A stretch of DNA of 64,000 nucleotides from Azolla caroliniana (GCA_043228905.1 JBHGNT010000017.1:434001-498000); one strand, 5' to 3'; positions 23,453-36,728 are shown, counted from the first letter of the stretch. A program made the numbers and translations. Notes: generated by a model not told the origin, from the sequence alone.

Positions 23453-26400
23453 ATGTCTGTATCAATGAAAGGCTTAGATTCAGCCTTCCAGGGGATTGGC
23501 AACAAAGAGTATGCTTGAATTAGCTTTGATTGTTGATGATACATTGCTTTATTTGATGCTCAACTATCTGATTATTGCTGATTCTTCAAAAATCCACAGG
23601 GGTATAGAAATTTGGAGCATTGATAAGTCTCAAAACGTAACCATCCTGAAATCTTCGGCAAGCTCAGAGTTTCAATCTGGATGTTGCTATGTACTTTTGC
23701 AAGTAAGCTCATTATTAAGGCCCCGTAGTCTGCTACCATAAGTAGTCACTCAAATGTATGTTTATATGAATATGTAAAACATTCATTTAAGCCATTCTGA
23801 CACAAAGTTGCTAAAATCAGTGCTACCTTTGAAGCACATGCATGCTAAACTTTGAATATATCCATTCCAAACCCTCAGTAAAATAGAGATGGAAGAAATA
23901 TGGAAAAACAGAGAAGGATTGTAAGCTGAATAGCTTTCCAATGTCCAGTTAGTCAGTTGCACCTGAAAGTGAGTAAGAAACTGATCTAAAGGCTTAATTC
24001 GAATGTTCCTTAGGTGCAGCAAGGACTTGAAATGTGTATAGTTTGCATTATTTGAGCATTGTATATTCCTAAATGTAATCCTGGTTTTGCTAAATTTATT
24101 ACTTCGTTTTACAGACGACTGGGCTTAAGAGTGGAGTATTTCGTCACGACATCCATTTCTGGATAGGGAAAAATGCAAGCCAAGTGAGTAAAATTAAACG
24201 TGATTAGTTCTCTAATATTTCATTATACATCAAACAAAATATTAATGAGATGGCTCTCTTCGGCCAGGATGAGGCAGCTGCAGCAATTGCCAAAGCAATG
24301 GAGCTAGATGCCACAATAGGGGGGCGGGCCGTGCAGTATAGAGAGGAAGAAGGTAGTGAGACTGACAAATTCCTTTCATACTTCAAACCTTGTTTCTTAC
24401 CAGCTATAGGAGATTCTTCAATCATGAAGGATGAAGATGAAAATCAGTACCAAGTTCGACTATTTAGGTGCAGTGGTCGGCATGTAGCTCGAGTGAAAGA
24501 GGTATGGTGATGCATTATCTTAATATGATGTTTTGCAAATGTGCTGATGTGCTTATATGAGGTGATAGACGGTATTATGTATGGATAATTCTCTTAGTTG
24601 GGCTTTGCAGGTGCCATTCATTAGATCTTCCCTCAGCCATGAGGATGTGTTTGTCCTCGATACACAATCAAAGATATTTCAATTCAATGGGGCAAGTACA
24701 GATATTTATCAGCGGACAAGGGCGTTGGATGTTGTGGAATATCTAAAGGAAAACAATCATGCTGGAGTTTGTCATGTTGCTGTCATTGGTAAGTGTATAT
24801 CCTGGAATCAGGGCAGTTTTTGTTTAACAAGCTTATCCAAAACCAACAGTTATTGCACATATTGTTTTGCAGAGGACGGAAAGTTTGTTGCTGATGCTGA
24901 CAGTGGGGAATTCTGGAGCTTTTTTGGTGGATTTGCACCTCTTGGAAGGAGAATAGATAGAGATATTGCAGGTGAAAGGGAGGCTATTGTACCCGTCCTT
25001 TTCTGGTATGAAAACTTTATCACCCAAGATTTCTTTATATGAAGAATTTAGCACCCAACATTATTTTATATGAAGAATTTAAAACCTAACATTATTTAAT
25101 ATAAAGAATTTAAACCCCAGCATTATTTAAGATGAAGAATTTCGCACCCAACATGCTGTTCTGGCTGGACACATTCATATGTATACGTAAAAACGTTTTT
25201 CTACAATGAAGCTATTTTTTATAACTGCATGATCCAAAAAGAAGAAATGACCCCTGCTTGACATTTCATTTTTCTGATATGGGGATTTTAATGAAGCATC
25301 CATGAAGGCCAGATTAAAAAAGTGGAAGAATCAATTCTAAAGAGGGAACATATGGACACAAACAAATGTTACATAGTAGACTGTGGCAGAGAAATGTTTA
25401 TGTGGGTGGGTCGTGATACTCAACTTGATGAAAGAAAAGCAGCTGCATTCATAGTGCAGGTGAAATACCATTTGTGCCTATGTTGTACTTTAAAGTTTAG
25501 AAAACCATCCCTTCTCAGTGTTTTCTTAGTAATCAAAGTCAATCTATTCTAGAGTCTGATTGGAACGCGCAAAAACCAACCTGGAATACAACTTACGTTT
25601 ACGATTGAGGGTTTTGAGCCTCGTGAGTTTAAGTCAAAATTTGAGTCTTGGCCAGCCATTACTAATGTACCAATCTCAGAGAATGGAAGAGGAAAGCTTG
25701 CAGGTAAGTAGAATGATCACAGAAGAGTATCGTCACTGTAAAAACTATTGCTAATATGCTTTCATCTTCATTCCTTGGCAGCTCTCTTGAAACATAAAGG
25801 ATTGAATGTTAAAGGACTTCTGAAGGCAGTTCGTTCAAATGAGCAGGCACCATTGATTAGTAATGAGGGAAAACTTCAGGTTCATGAAGCTCTTTCACAT
25901 TTTCAGCTAGGTATACATGCATTTTTATTTATACTTATTAATGTTGTAAACACCTATTTTTTAGGTATGGTGTGTGAATGGGAAGTACAAGGAATCTGTC
26001 CCATTCAACAAGTATGGAAGGCTTTTCAACAAGAACTGCTACATTGTGCTTTATACATATCCTGGAGATAGGAAGGATGAGTACATTCTTTTTTATTGGT
26101 TGGGGCACCAAAGTACTGCGGTAAAATGAAATTCAAGTGATTTTAATGATGAAAAAGAAGTGGAAATGATAATATAACTCATGAATTTGCACCGATATAA
26201 ATTGCTTTTAAAACAGGATACTCAAGATGCAACTGTGCTATACGTGAAGGATATTGCAAACTCATTGGGAAGGGCAGTGGAGGTACCTTTGCATATATAT
26301 GTTCACTGTGTTATTGTGAGAGAGAAACGAAATTATATAATGTGTTCAAATGCCAAAGTGCTATGAGACCAAAGAAGTTATATTCAGTCGAGATCTTATA

Positions 26401-29400
26401 CAATGTCTGACCACAAGACAAAACAAAAATTCTACCTATGGTAAATGGAACAGAAATGGACTGGACAATACATCAACAGGGGTTTTATGAATTGAGTGAA
26501 GGAAGAAAGAAAGGAAGCTGCATTAATGTCTTTTAAGAGTGCCAAAATAGCCTGTAACCAAGCAAGAGATTACATCTTACAATGTATTCTCATTTTTTGG
26601 AATAAAAAAACAAAATAAATACAACTAAACATATGATACTGAAGAATCTACATATCTCAGAACTCTAAACTTTATCTTCAAAAAATATCTAATATGGGCC
26701 ACTCCAAGATGGTGTTGAAGCGAGGTAGGCACCTTCAGTGGTGGGTGATAATGACCTTTAATTGTTGGTGATAAGGGTGACGAGGCTGTGGTTCAGATGG
26801 TCGTGGCCTACATGGACAACACATTCCAATTGCTTGTAACCCCTTTCAAGTGTCTTAATTGAGAATCCCCTTGATAATCCTTAATTGACACAGAAGGAAA
26901 GATGTGGTGGCTAAAGAAAATCACATTATTTCTGTTCTGATGAGCTGTTCAGGTGAGAGGCTGATATTAGTATTACTGATATAAAGATGATGGAAATTCA
27001 TCTCATAGATCCCACATGGATCTCTTAGAATGATGTCATATCTATCCTTCACAGTAAGATAAATGGTTCAGCATGCTTGGTGGCACAGGACCATGCTCAG
27101 ATTCGGTGATGCGTTTTCTGTTTATAGTGTGAAACATCTTGCATTAAGTCATCAGGAACAGTCATGCTGAATCAAGCGATGAATCAGCTTCCCCCAAATG
27201 GGAATGCTGGTGCCAGTGGGTGTGGGACCTTTGAATAAGTCATTTATTTTCATTGGGTAGTAACTCCATTGGCGGTCCACCTCTCATGGTAAGTAACTCT
27301 CTAATTCTATGAATCTTTTGCATGATCATAATAATACACGACTCGATCTAAAGTTCCAAAACCGTCTCTTAAACTACTGGAAAGTTACCATCGAATTTCT
27401 CATGATATGCTGAGCACCTGCAAATGCAATGATTGTAGAAATCTGGCGCATTCTATCTTTTGGCGGTATGCCTTTGTACCTTCTGGTTTCAATCACAGCA
27501 CTTGTCTGGTCAAGGAATGTGTGAGCATGCAATAGATTTGTATCCATGTACTGGAGTAGTAAGATAAAACTATTCTGCATTGTGTGTATGAGTTGTTCTT
27601 GACAGAAGTCCATCTTTATCGCTACTCTTTATGTGTATGAGAAAGAAAGAAAGAAAGAAAGATATATTAACGTCTTCTAAGGCCCATGAGACAATTGGTT
27701 TACAACAAAATGGGATATTTACCCATTCATCGAAAGTAAAAGAAAAAGAAAAAAAAAAGAAAAAGAAAAAAAAAAAGAGCTTAAGCTAAATAGTTCTAAT
27801 AAAATAACAAACATGTTCTACAATGAAATGGCTTTATACTAGGCCTAGTTTCATTTCCATCCAAGTCTCTCGAAAAGATGCGGGAGGTCAAAGGGTTTCG
27901 ATGTGGATGTGGCCCCCCGTGGTCCCAATGTAGAAGGTACCCCCACCATAGCTTCTAGTCGGCGTAGCTCACGTTCCCTTATCTTCTTAATCATTTCTAC
28001 TCCACGTTGAGTTGTTTTTAAGCCCAACATCCGAGGGCGTTTGGTTGTTCTTTGCATTTCTGCTTCCTCAAGAGAGAGGCCGAGTGGCGTAAGTGTATCC
28101 ACATTCATCGTCTCCCCTTGTTCCTGAAAAATTACACTACTTACATGTTGATGAATATTAAAAGGGTTATGGTTAACACTTTTTAGCTTATTCTCCCTAT
28201 GTTGTTTTAGATCTAAGATATACCTACCTAGTCTCTTTATATCCGGGGTATCTAATAGTTTGGAGAGGGTGGGAGAGGGTCCTAATATGTCTTGGTATTC
28301 CGCCCTTATCTCGGCATAGGTTGGACACTTGCATGTAAAGTGATACTCATCCTCTACCTCTATGTGACATAATCTACATAGGCTTTCCTCTCTAGGGATT
28401 CTATTAGCCCAACCATTCTCAATCTCAAGTTGGTGAGATGATATCCTAAGTTGTCCAATGGCCACCCGTAGTGCATTTGATAAGAATGTATCTAGATATC
28501 TTGGTCATGTAATAAAACCTAACTTCGAGAGGTGCAAGAAGTGTTCCTTATAGTACAACATTTTAGGTGGGAGTGGCTCTCATGGGGTGATCCATGTATA
28601 TCGGGTGTAAATTTGCCATATTTCTTGGCGTATTACTTTATTACGGTCTTCATGAGATATTAAAGTTTGATCAGTCCCATAGTTGTACTTAAGGGGAGGT
28701 AGGTTAGTAATGTCTATGCCATTTGCAAGTAACCAACTCACTACAGTGCTATACCAAGAGCTAGTGTGTCCAGACGCATGTAGGGATCGGGATGCCTCAA
28801 AGGCTCGACAAGAAATCCTATCTTGTGGTTGGCTATGTATTCGATGAATAAAAACTACCACTTGGAAAAGTGCTTCTACTAACATCGGGGGCAAATTGAA
28901 CTCTACTCTAATAATGTCATGTGGTACTGTCGATTTGCTTTGGAGTTGACGCGATAACATCGTCACCAAAGGTCTCTCTAATTGCGTCCACATGAAAGAT
29001 GGTACTGGAGCCCATACTACTGATGCATACATGAGGGAAGGGGTCACTAATGAGTCGAAGAGCTATCCCTTAGTCCGTGGCTCTTGAAAGTATGCCTGGT
29101 GGCATTGTCTCTCTAAGAGTGAGAGGGATGCATACCCTCTTGTTCACCTATTTTTGGTTGCCTGGGTCATCAAGAATTTACCTAAACAAGCACTGAAAGT
29201 GAGAGATTCTTGGCAAGTTAACTCAGAGTGTGTTGGTAAGAGTTGCATTGAAAAGGTGAGAGTCAATCTATATTAAAACCTAGGCACCTCAAATGCTGAA
29301 GTCATCTATGCATACCAACATGCTGTAGCAAGCTATCATGAAGATTTAAGGGCCAACTGTGTATACTGATGTTGAGGAACCTCGTAACTATTTGTGGATG

Positions 29401-32400
29401 AAGGATACTGATATGGGTAAGACCCCAAGTTACAGTTTGATATTGCTGCCATCTCAGGTCTGATGGTCTCATTTGGCACCAAGGCTTTAGCCTCGAACCA
29501 TCCTGGTGATCATGGACCAAGTGGCCACTCCATTGATCGCCATTCATAGTTACAATAAGATATTAGCATGCATAAATGCACTGCTCCGACACCGTTATGA
29601 TCTCATCTCTCCCTGCACAGTATCTGTCAATAGTGTTCCATACCATCTCATCTGTTGAGAAAGTAGAGGTTATGGACAAGGTTCTGGTAGCTCTGGTAAT
29701 CGGTCTGCTCAGGACAGTTTATAAAGAGACTTCATAGTCATGCCAAGTCTCAAGGGAAGTGATAACTAAAGGGATGGTATATTCTCTAGAAGTCACCAAC
29801 ACTCATTAGAGTCCTTATTCAGAAACAATTGATACATCTATTCTCAGCATTTGCTAAACAAACCTCATCTTGCTTCATATGATATTGCAAAAAATGTTTC
29901 GAGATTGTTGTTGAGAGATCATGATGATATTTTAAAGTTCTTGGGAGGCCAGAAACATGAAATATGGACCTCAAAACGAGTGTTACAAGTTTTTTTTGCA
30001 CGAGCGGAGGACATAGCCAAATGTGATCCATGCAGTTTGTTAAGATTACACTTATGCTTAAGTATAGAGCATTCAGATTGTCTAAGAGTCAATATCTGTG
30101 TCAATTCTGCCAAAGAGAATGAGAGAGAAAATAACACAGAGAGAGATGTCATTCCAGGTTCGTGTTTTTGAAGGCAAGGAGCCTTCTATTTTTTCAACAT
30201 TATTTGACAAGCTCTTTGTTATAAAGGTAAGCCGCTGAATCAACTTCGGTTATTGTATATGTTTTCTTCCTTGTGCTTAGCTGACATCTTTTACTTAATT
30301 AGGTTATATTTCTGATGTTCACGTTGTGAATTCTTTATGGACAATGTGTGTATATGCAGGGCGATGACAAAGAATTGGGAGTGAGGCTGTTTCAAGTGCA
30401 ACAGTCTGGGGCTCAAAATTGGCAAGCAATTGAAGTTGAATTGGTAATTAACGCTTATTATGGTCATTATAACAACTTTTATGATCATTTCTTGAAGAAT
30501 GTTATACCTCTCTTCTGTTTCTAGTTATGTTTAAGATTACATCATGAATAACCTTCTATATACTAAAGCAGTCTGAAAATAATATGCATTTCTTATTAAG
30601 TCGCTAATTCTCGTTGTAAAATTGCGTATATCAATGCGTACAGGATGCAACATCATTAAATTCATCTAGTTGCATGTTCTTGCAAATTGAGAATGTCTAT
30701 ATCACATGGTATGGGAAGTTCAGTACAATAGAGGAGCAAGAGGCAACTGAAGACATGGTGTGCTGTTTCCAGGTGGGGTGCTGTAGCCTGTTACATAAAT
30801 GTGTAGTTTGGATCAGCATTATTGATTTTTTGTAAGTTATTGTGTCTGCATACACTTTAACATGTGCTGGAAGTGACAGCATCAAGGATCCCGTATGTAT
30901 CTACATGGTATTGGATGTATCCCATATTAGCATGACATATATAGGATTTAGTCAGATGATACATAGCAAATGGGTAGCCTTCTAATGCTGCATACTATGA
31001 AATGATGTTGAAAGTTTGTTTCTCTCTGCTTAACAGTTTCTCTGGAAGCTAGTATCCAGTGAAACACCTTAATGATCTGGAAGTTTTGATTCGATTGTAT
31101 TTATGGGAGGATGGTAAGCTTATATTGAATTTGAACCCTGTTGTAGTAGAGAATAAAACAGTTGTAATAGTTTTGTTTCCATAACTCGAGATATCATTTG
31201 ATTGATGGAGGGCCTTCAGGAAAAATGCTGATGCTTTCTTTTGCTTGTTGGTATAGGCGTTTTAGATTTTCAGTCAGTATTATATGAAATTATTAAGAGC
31301 AGCTCCTTTAATCTGTCAGAATCTTTTATTTGTCTCTGTCTTTTTTATTTGGCTGCCTACAGGTTATGATATTAATCTATATAATGGCACTTCAAATTGC
31401 GTACATACAGATAAATGAGCCAAAACTGTTTTTTCTTTTTCTATACAGCCCAATGTAATCCCAATTGTTTTAAAGGAGGGATCTGAAACGGAATTGTTCT
31501 GGGATACACTTGGTGGCAAGAAGATCCATCCAAGTCATCGAGAGCCAAAAGAGAGCTCCAAAGATCCCCATTTGTTTTCATGCAGTTTTGTTAAAGGTTC
31601 TCAACTTCCTCCATTTCTCATTTTTCTTGAAGCGAAATATAGCTTTGGATTTTCTGTTTTTTCTTTCCTAAGCCTTTTCTTTATCTCTTTCTTTTGTACA
31701 TGTAATCTGGGTACATTCCAGGTCAGTTAAAGGTATGCTTCCTTGCATTTGGATTCATCGCGTATTGTCTATTCAATTTATCATGGAGAAAAAATTAATG
31801 TGGGCTTCAATTTAATTGTTTGAACAGGTTACAGAGGTGTTTGGCTTTTCCCAAGATGATCTATTTAGTGATGAGGTGATGATACTAGATTGCTATAGTG
31901 ATATTTTTGTTTGGGTTGGTCAAAATGTTAGTGCGAACCTCAGAGGAAAAGTGACTGAACTGGGACAGGTCGTTATTTTGATGCTCAGAGATAAGTATGC
32001 TTTATTATCTTTGAATAGTAGACCAATTTTCTGATGCGTGCTTAGTCTTGAATATCTTCAGAAATATATTGAACAAGCTGCACGATGTGAAGGCAGTTCG
32101 TTGGAAACTCCCTTATACAAAATAAAGGAAGGATTTGAACCATCTTTTTTCAAATCTTTCTTTTCATGGGATGTATCAAAAGCAAGTGTAAGTTAGAGTT
32201 CCTTTCAAAAGTGGCAATATATTTCCTAGTGGGAATGATATTTTGTTATCTGGTAAAATTGACTAATTGCATACTGCCTCAAGCAGCACCTCGATGTTTT
32301 TCAACGAAAGGTTCTGCTACTGAAAGGGCAATCAACCACGGTAGGTGCCAAAATCTTAAGCTCTTCAGCTGAAAGATAGCGTTTTATTAATTGATGTATA

Positions 32401-33579
32401 TGCCAAACAGCCAATAAGATCCCCAAAGAAATCACCTGGGTTCATGGAGAGTAAGAATGAGGTATTTTCAGCCCCAGATAAAAGTGCACATGGCAGACCA
32501 TTGGTTTTCAAATCTGAACTCTCTTCAGAAAAACCTCGAGTCCCAAAAGGAAAATATGGAAGTGCTCGGTCAGTTCATAGCCGATCGCCATCTATTTCTT
32601 CTTTATCATCTATGTTTGAATCACAGCATTTGGGAGAGGTGGTGTCTACACCTACTCCCAAGGTCATCTCTATGCGAACTAGAAGACAATCATTTTCGGC
32701 TGCACCGACGCCTTCATCCACTCCACCTAGGTCTGTGGCATCTCCTCGGTCACCAGCTATAGCTGCTCTTGCCTCTGTCTTCGAAACATATAGTGACAAG
32801 AAGCTAGATTTTGCGTGGCCAGGTGCTAAATTATGATAAGAGTCTTTTTTATCGTATTGACTTGGGAAATGGGGATCATCGTGAACATTTATTTATTCCT
32901 TTATTTATTTATTTATACCAGGACTGAAATCAAGAACCGAGGGCAAATTGGACAGAGATTCTGAAGTCCATACACCCATAACTATGGAGGCAAAGGTTCA
33001 ATCAACATCTGCCTCAAGAAAGTTGAACAATGAAGATTTAGCATTGTTATATCCATACGAGCGTCTCAAAGTTTCATCTCGAGATCCAATTGCTGGACTA
33101 GATAAAAAGAAACGCGAGGTAAGAATACTGGTCCTCTTGATCTAATTGCCTTATATATCTGCCCTCCCCTTGAAATTCCCCCTAGAATTTATTTGTTGAG
33201 CTGGTGTTTACAAGATTACAAATTTGCAATCCATATCCATCAAGAACAAGGCGAATAAAGCTTCACATGCCTGCCTTAGGGATGAATTAGTAGGACAGAG
33301 GAGAGAAGAAATTGATCCAAGAATGAAGTGATTACATGGATGATGACAGAGAAGTAAAAGGAAGAGAAAATTTATAGGAATATAGGACCAAAATAATGTA
33401 TTATATGAATCAAATTATGTATTATTTCTTTAATCATTTTAACATATTTATTTTCTCTTTCTCAGGCTTATTTATCAGATGAAGAATTCCAAGATACATT
33501 TCACATGGACAAAAGTACTTTTTATCAACTGCCCAAATGGAAGCAAGACAAGTACAAATTGTTGGCAGATCTATATTAA
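23453..33579 (+). CDS. VLN: Villin (six gelsolin repeats plus headpiece), multi-exon and divergent; probable 5' UTR exon ending at 22444
   Basis: Spliced translation MSVSMKGLDSAFQG..., HDIHFWIGK, AVQYREEEGSETDKFLSYFKPC, VPFIRSSLSHEDVFVLDT, GEFWSFFGGFAP, EEGKLQ-like/VWCVNG, KEGSETELFW, FSQDDL..VMILDC, YPYERLKV and AYLSDEEF..FYQLPKWKQDKYK..LY*, with GT-AG introns. Confidence 0.93.
25006..25153 (+). repeat. 31-bp minisatellite (~5 copies) starting at a villin splice donor
   Basis: GTATGAAAACTTTATCACCCAAGATTTCTTT followed by ATATGAAGAATTTAGCACCCAACATTATTTT-type units. Confidence 0.8.
26560..30100 (-). mobile_element. Old decayed L1-like LINE filling villin intron 26283-30157, interrupted by a younger LINE
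   Basis: Scattered degenerate ORF2-like peptides on the minus strand (RNNVIF ~26925, IWGKLIH ~27190, RCLGFNI ~29280). No long ORF. Confidence 0.35.
27641..29190 (-). mobile_element. 5'-truncated non-LTR retrotransposon, RTEX-like, with (TTTC)n 3' tail
   Basis: ORF pieces 28580-29047 (PSLMYASVVW) and 27851-28465 (QLRISSHQLEIENG...CRLCHIEVEDEYHFTCKCPTY), with a (GAAA)n tract at 27641-27662 on plus. Confidence 0.8.
31722..31732 (+). CDS. VLN: 11-nt villin microexon
   Basis: CAG|GTCAGTTAAAG|GTATG. It restores the frame between FVK-G (exon ends 31596) and VTEVF (exon starts 31828), giving KGQLKVTE. Confidence 0.85.
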
Positions 33580-33728
33580 CACAACAAGGACCGAGTATAT
33601 TACATATATCAGAGTCTCATAGGGTGATATAATGATAAGCCACTTCATTGTAAATCAGAGAGGTAGTTGTAAAGAAATTATGAAATATTTGATTGGTAAA
33701 AGGCTTTATATATATTAATAATCCGATA

Positions 33729-34118
33729 GCTTTATTCTCATATGAGAAATTATGTATCTCATCATTGGTTTGTATACATCCATGGAAAACGTGGAGGACC
33801 TCAACATATTTTTTTCTACTCTCGGGGCTCTCCTGGAGCTCATCAGAGGACTTCTGATTTCAATAGACTAATAAAATATCTTGTAATGCAATATAAAAAT
33901 TTCAAAGTTTTTATTGCAAACTGGCTTTATTCTCATATGAGAAATTATGTATCTCATCATTGGTTTGTATACATCCATGGAAAACGTGGAGGACCTCACC
34001 ATATTTTTTTCTACTCTCGGGGCTCTCCTGGAGCTCATAAGAGGACTTCTGATTTCAATAGACTAATACAATATCTTGTAATGCAATATAAAAATTTCAG
34101 AGTTTTTTTTGCAAACTG
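33729..34118. repeat. 195-bp tandem duplication downstream of the villin stop
   Basis: Two near-identical copies starting at 33729 and 33924. Confidence 0.95.
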
Positions 34119-34180
34119 ACCACATTTTCATTCTTTTTTTGGTGCATGGGGGATTGGAATAAGACGATGACGATGTAATG

Positions 34181-34280
34181 GCAATCGGGACAGTGACAAT
34201 GAGATGAGAAGAATCTGATTTTATCCTAAGCAATCGGGACAGTGACAATGAGACGAGAAGAATCTGATTTTATCCTAAGC
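34181..34280. repeat. 49-bp tandem duplication
   Basis: GCAATCGGGACAGTGACAATGAGA(T/C)GAGAAGAATCTGATTTTATCCTAA occurs twice. Confidence 0.9.
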
Positions 34281-36320
34281 TTGTTAGGATTCTGAGCAAT
34301 ACGCGATTCTTGGTCGCTATTTTTGTAGTTCTTTCCTCTTGTATGTGTTTGATGCTTGTTCTACTTTCTGGTTGGTCATTTCATAGTGCTAACTTGAATT
34401 GGTCACTTAGGTAGTGATTCAGAACCAAGATTCTGAACATGGTAGGATGTGTAGGATGTAATCGTGAAAATCTATTGGATTTGCATCAAATAAGAATAAC
34501 ACAAGAACCTAGTACGTGTTGGATGGAGAAAGCCACAACAATTGTGAAAGTTGTATGTTCAGACTAAGCCATTAGGTATTCTGCCTGGGTAAAGCAAGAT
34601 TGAACAGTGAAGTAATCACGCTAGCTATGCTTTTGAGTTATGAGAGAAAGGAAATTAGATGCTGGTTCTATTTCTAACATATGTGGGAGGTGTGCAAACT
34701 AAATGTTTCTCATTTGATGTTGCATAACATGCATAATCGTTTCTTTTCTCTTCTTTGGAGAGAGATGTAGAGAGAATTGTAATAATCTGAACACTTGATA
34801 CAAGCCTTTTGTTGCAATTTCCATATACAAAACGATCTTGGATAATACTACAAACTCTCTGGCTAGCCCTACTGTCTCATGAGTTACTTACTGGTAAGAA
34901 AGTAAGAGCATTATGATTATTGCACTTTGCTCCCTGATAGGGCATCAACTCTCTAGTGTGAAAAAGAAGTTTTGGGATCGCGAAGCTTATGTACATTTCT
35001 AATGGTTGTGCATTCATACAAATTACAATCCAATTGATACGTCCTTAAATTTTAATGTTGCCCTTATCTTAATAAACTTCTAAATAAAATGGCAGTAAAC
35101 TGAGATGATACAAATTTCAACCAGCCTTCTGAGCAAGATCATAAAGACACGTGCATAGTATGAAAAAGTTATTTAAATTCAAAGAGATTACAAATTTGAA
35201 TCCATCAAACACACAGCACCTCTATAAAGAAGATCAGACAGGGTTGGGGGAAAGGTATTGCACAGGGAGAACCCAAGTTCAAAAATCTAGCCTGAGTTAC
35301 ATAGCACACATACTTTCAGACCTCTCATATTGACCCATCCATAGGCTCCAAAGTCAAGTATTAATTTGGAAGAATCCACGGTTGAACTACAGCACATATA
35401 CTTTTAGAACCCTCATTGCGACTCGTCTTTAGGATGAAGAAATTTTAATTAATTTAAGAGAATCCAGGTTCAAATTCATTCACACACATTAAGCCAGCCA
35501 TTGCACTAGGATGTATCAAATCATGTATATGGGTTAGTACCTGAGCTCTTAGAGAGATAACTTGATGGTGCATAATATTCGTCCTTGAGCACCCACACTA
35601 GGATAGGATAGAATCCAATGATGCATAAGATTAATGTTAGAGAAGATTGGTCCAAAAGCTCTACTAAAGGCCTACCACAATGATACAATCTAATGGTACA
35701 TATAAGATTTAGTGACCTCTAGCAATTGGGAGCTATAAGACCCAATGACCTCTAGAACTACGATGGATACCAATGATGCATATAAGGTTAGCGTTGAGCT
35801 ATAAAACCTGATGATGCACATAAGATGAGTCACCTTGTGCTAGATTGAACACTAGTATAGAATCCAATCAAACAATGCATAAATGCTGTTAGTGCCTAGG
35901 TAGAAGAGAAACCACTACAGTGCATTTAAAGTTAGTACAAGTATCCCACATGGCCAAAAAAACTGGATGGCAGTGATGCGTGTAAGGTAAGAATCCAATG
36001 TGATACTACATATATAAGGTTAGGATAAAAGGATGAGTATAAGGCTCGACCAAGCCTCTGCCATGGAAGAACTTAGAAGGATGGGAAGCAAATGCTATAT
36101 ATGCATGTAAAAGGTTATAACTTATAACAAATCTCCTCCCCCCCTTTGGATGAATGATTGGAACCGTGCAAGTAAGGTTAGAAGTCCATAGCCGAGATAA
36201 GGTTTGGAACAAAGTCTTCGGTGCCCAAGAGAAACGAGAAAGGATACAAGTAGTCCTGCCACACTGACCGAAGATCCACCCAAAAAAGCAGGCTAAACAC
36301 AAAGAGGAATGATGGTAGGG

Positions 36321-36728
36321 CTAGAACAAATCTCCGTTTAGAAAGAAGGATTGGAAGGTGACCATGAGGAGGACAAGGACAACGATGGCAGCCACACCTA
36401 CGGAGGATCCAGTGACATGGTGAATTGTAGAGGCGTCGGGTTCGAATCCCATCCACGTCGCCGCGGTCTCAGTTGCTAGCAGACGCACGGCCAGGATCAG
36501 TCCCAAGGGCAGTAACATGACGAGGAGTTGTGGGGAGAAGAGCAACAACCCTAGAGAGACCACGGGATTCTCCGGATCTTGGCTGCCCAGGATGGAATCT
36601 GGATCTGGATCAGAGATTCCGCCGCTGCCTCCCAGAAGCCAGGGTACGCCGATGATCATGATGACGATGGCCAGAATGACTAACGTGTGGGTAGCATTAG
36701 GGCTGCCACTGTTCTGTGTGTCGGCCAT
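36321..36728 (-). CDS. Small uncharacterised plant membrane protein (135 aa, three hydrophobic segments)
   Basis: Intronless GC-rich ORF with good start context. LLPLGLILAVRLL and IHHVTGSSVGVAAIVVLVLLM resemble, from memory, a conserved plant small-TM family (LLP...GSPxGVA). Confidence 0.75.
   Translation of the reverse strand: MADTQNSGSPNATHTLVILAIVIMIIGVPWLLGGSGGISDPDPDSILGSQDPENPVVSLGLLLFSPQLLVMLLPLGLILAVRLLATETAATWMGFEPDASTIHHVTGSSVGVAAIVVLVLLMVTFQSFFLNGDLF

Noticed and set aside
33742-34119. 125-aa repeat protein
   Set aside because: An artefact of the 195-bp tandem duplication in the 3' flank.
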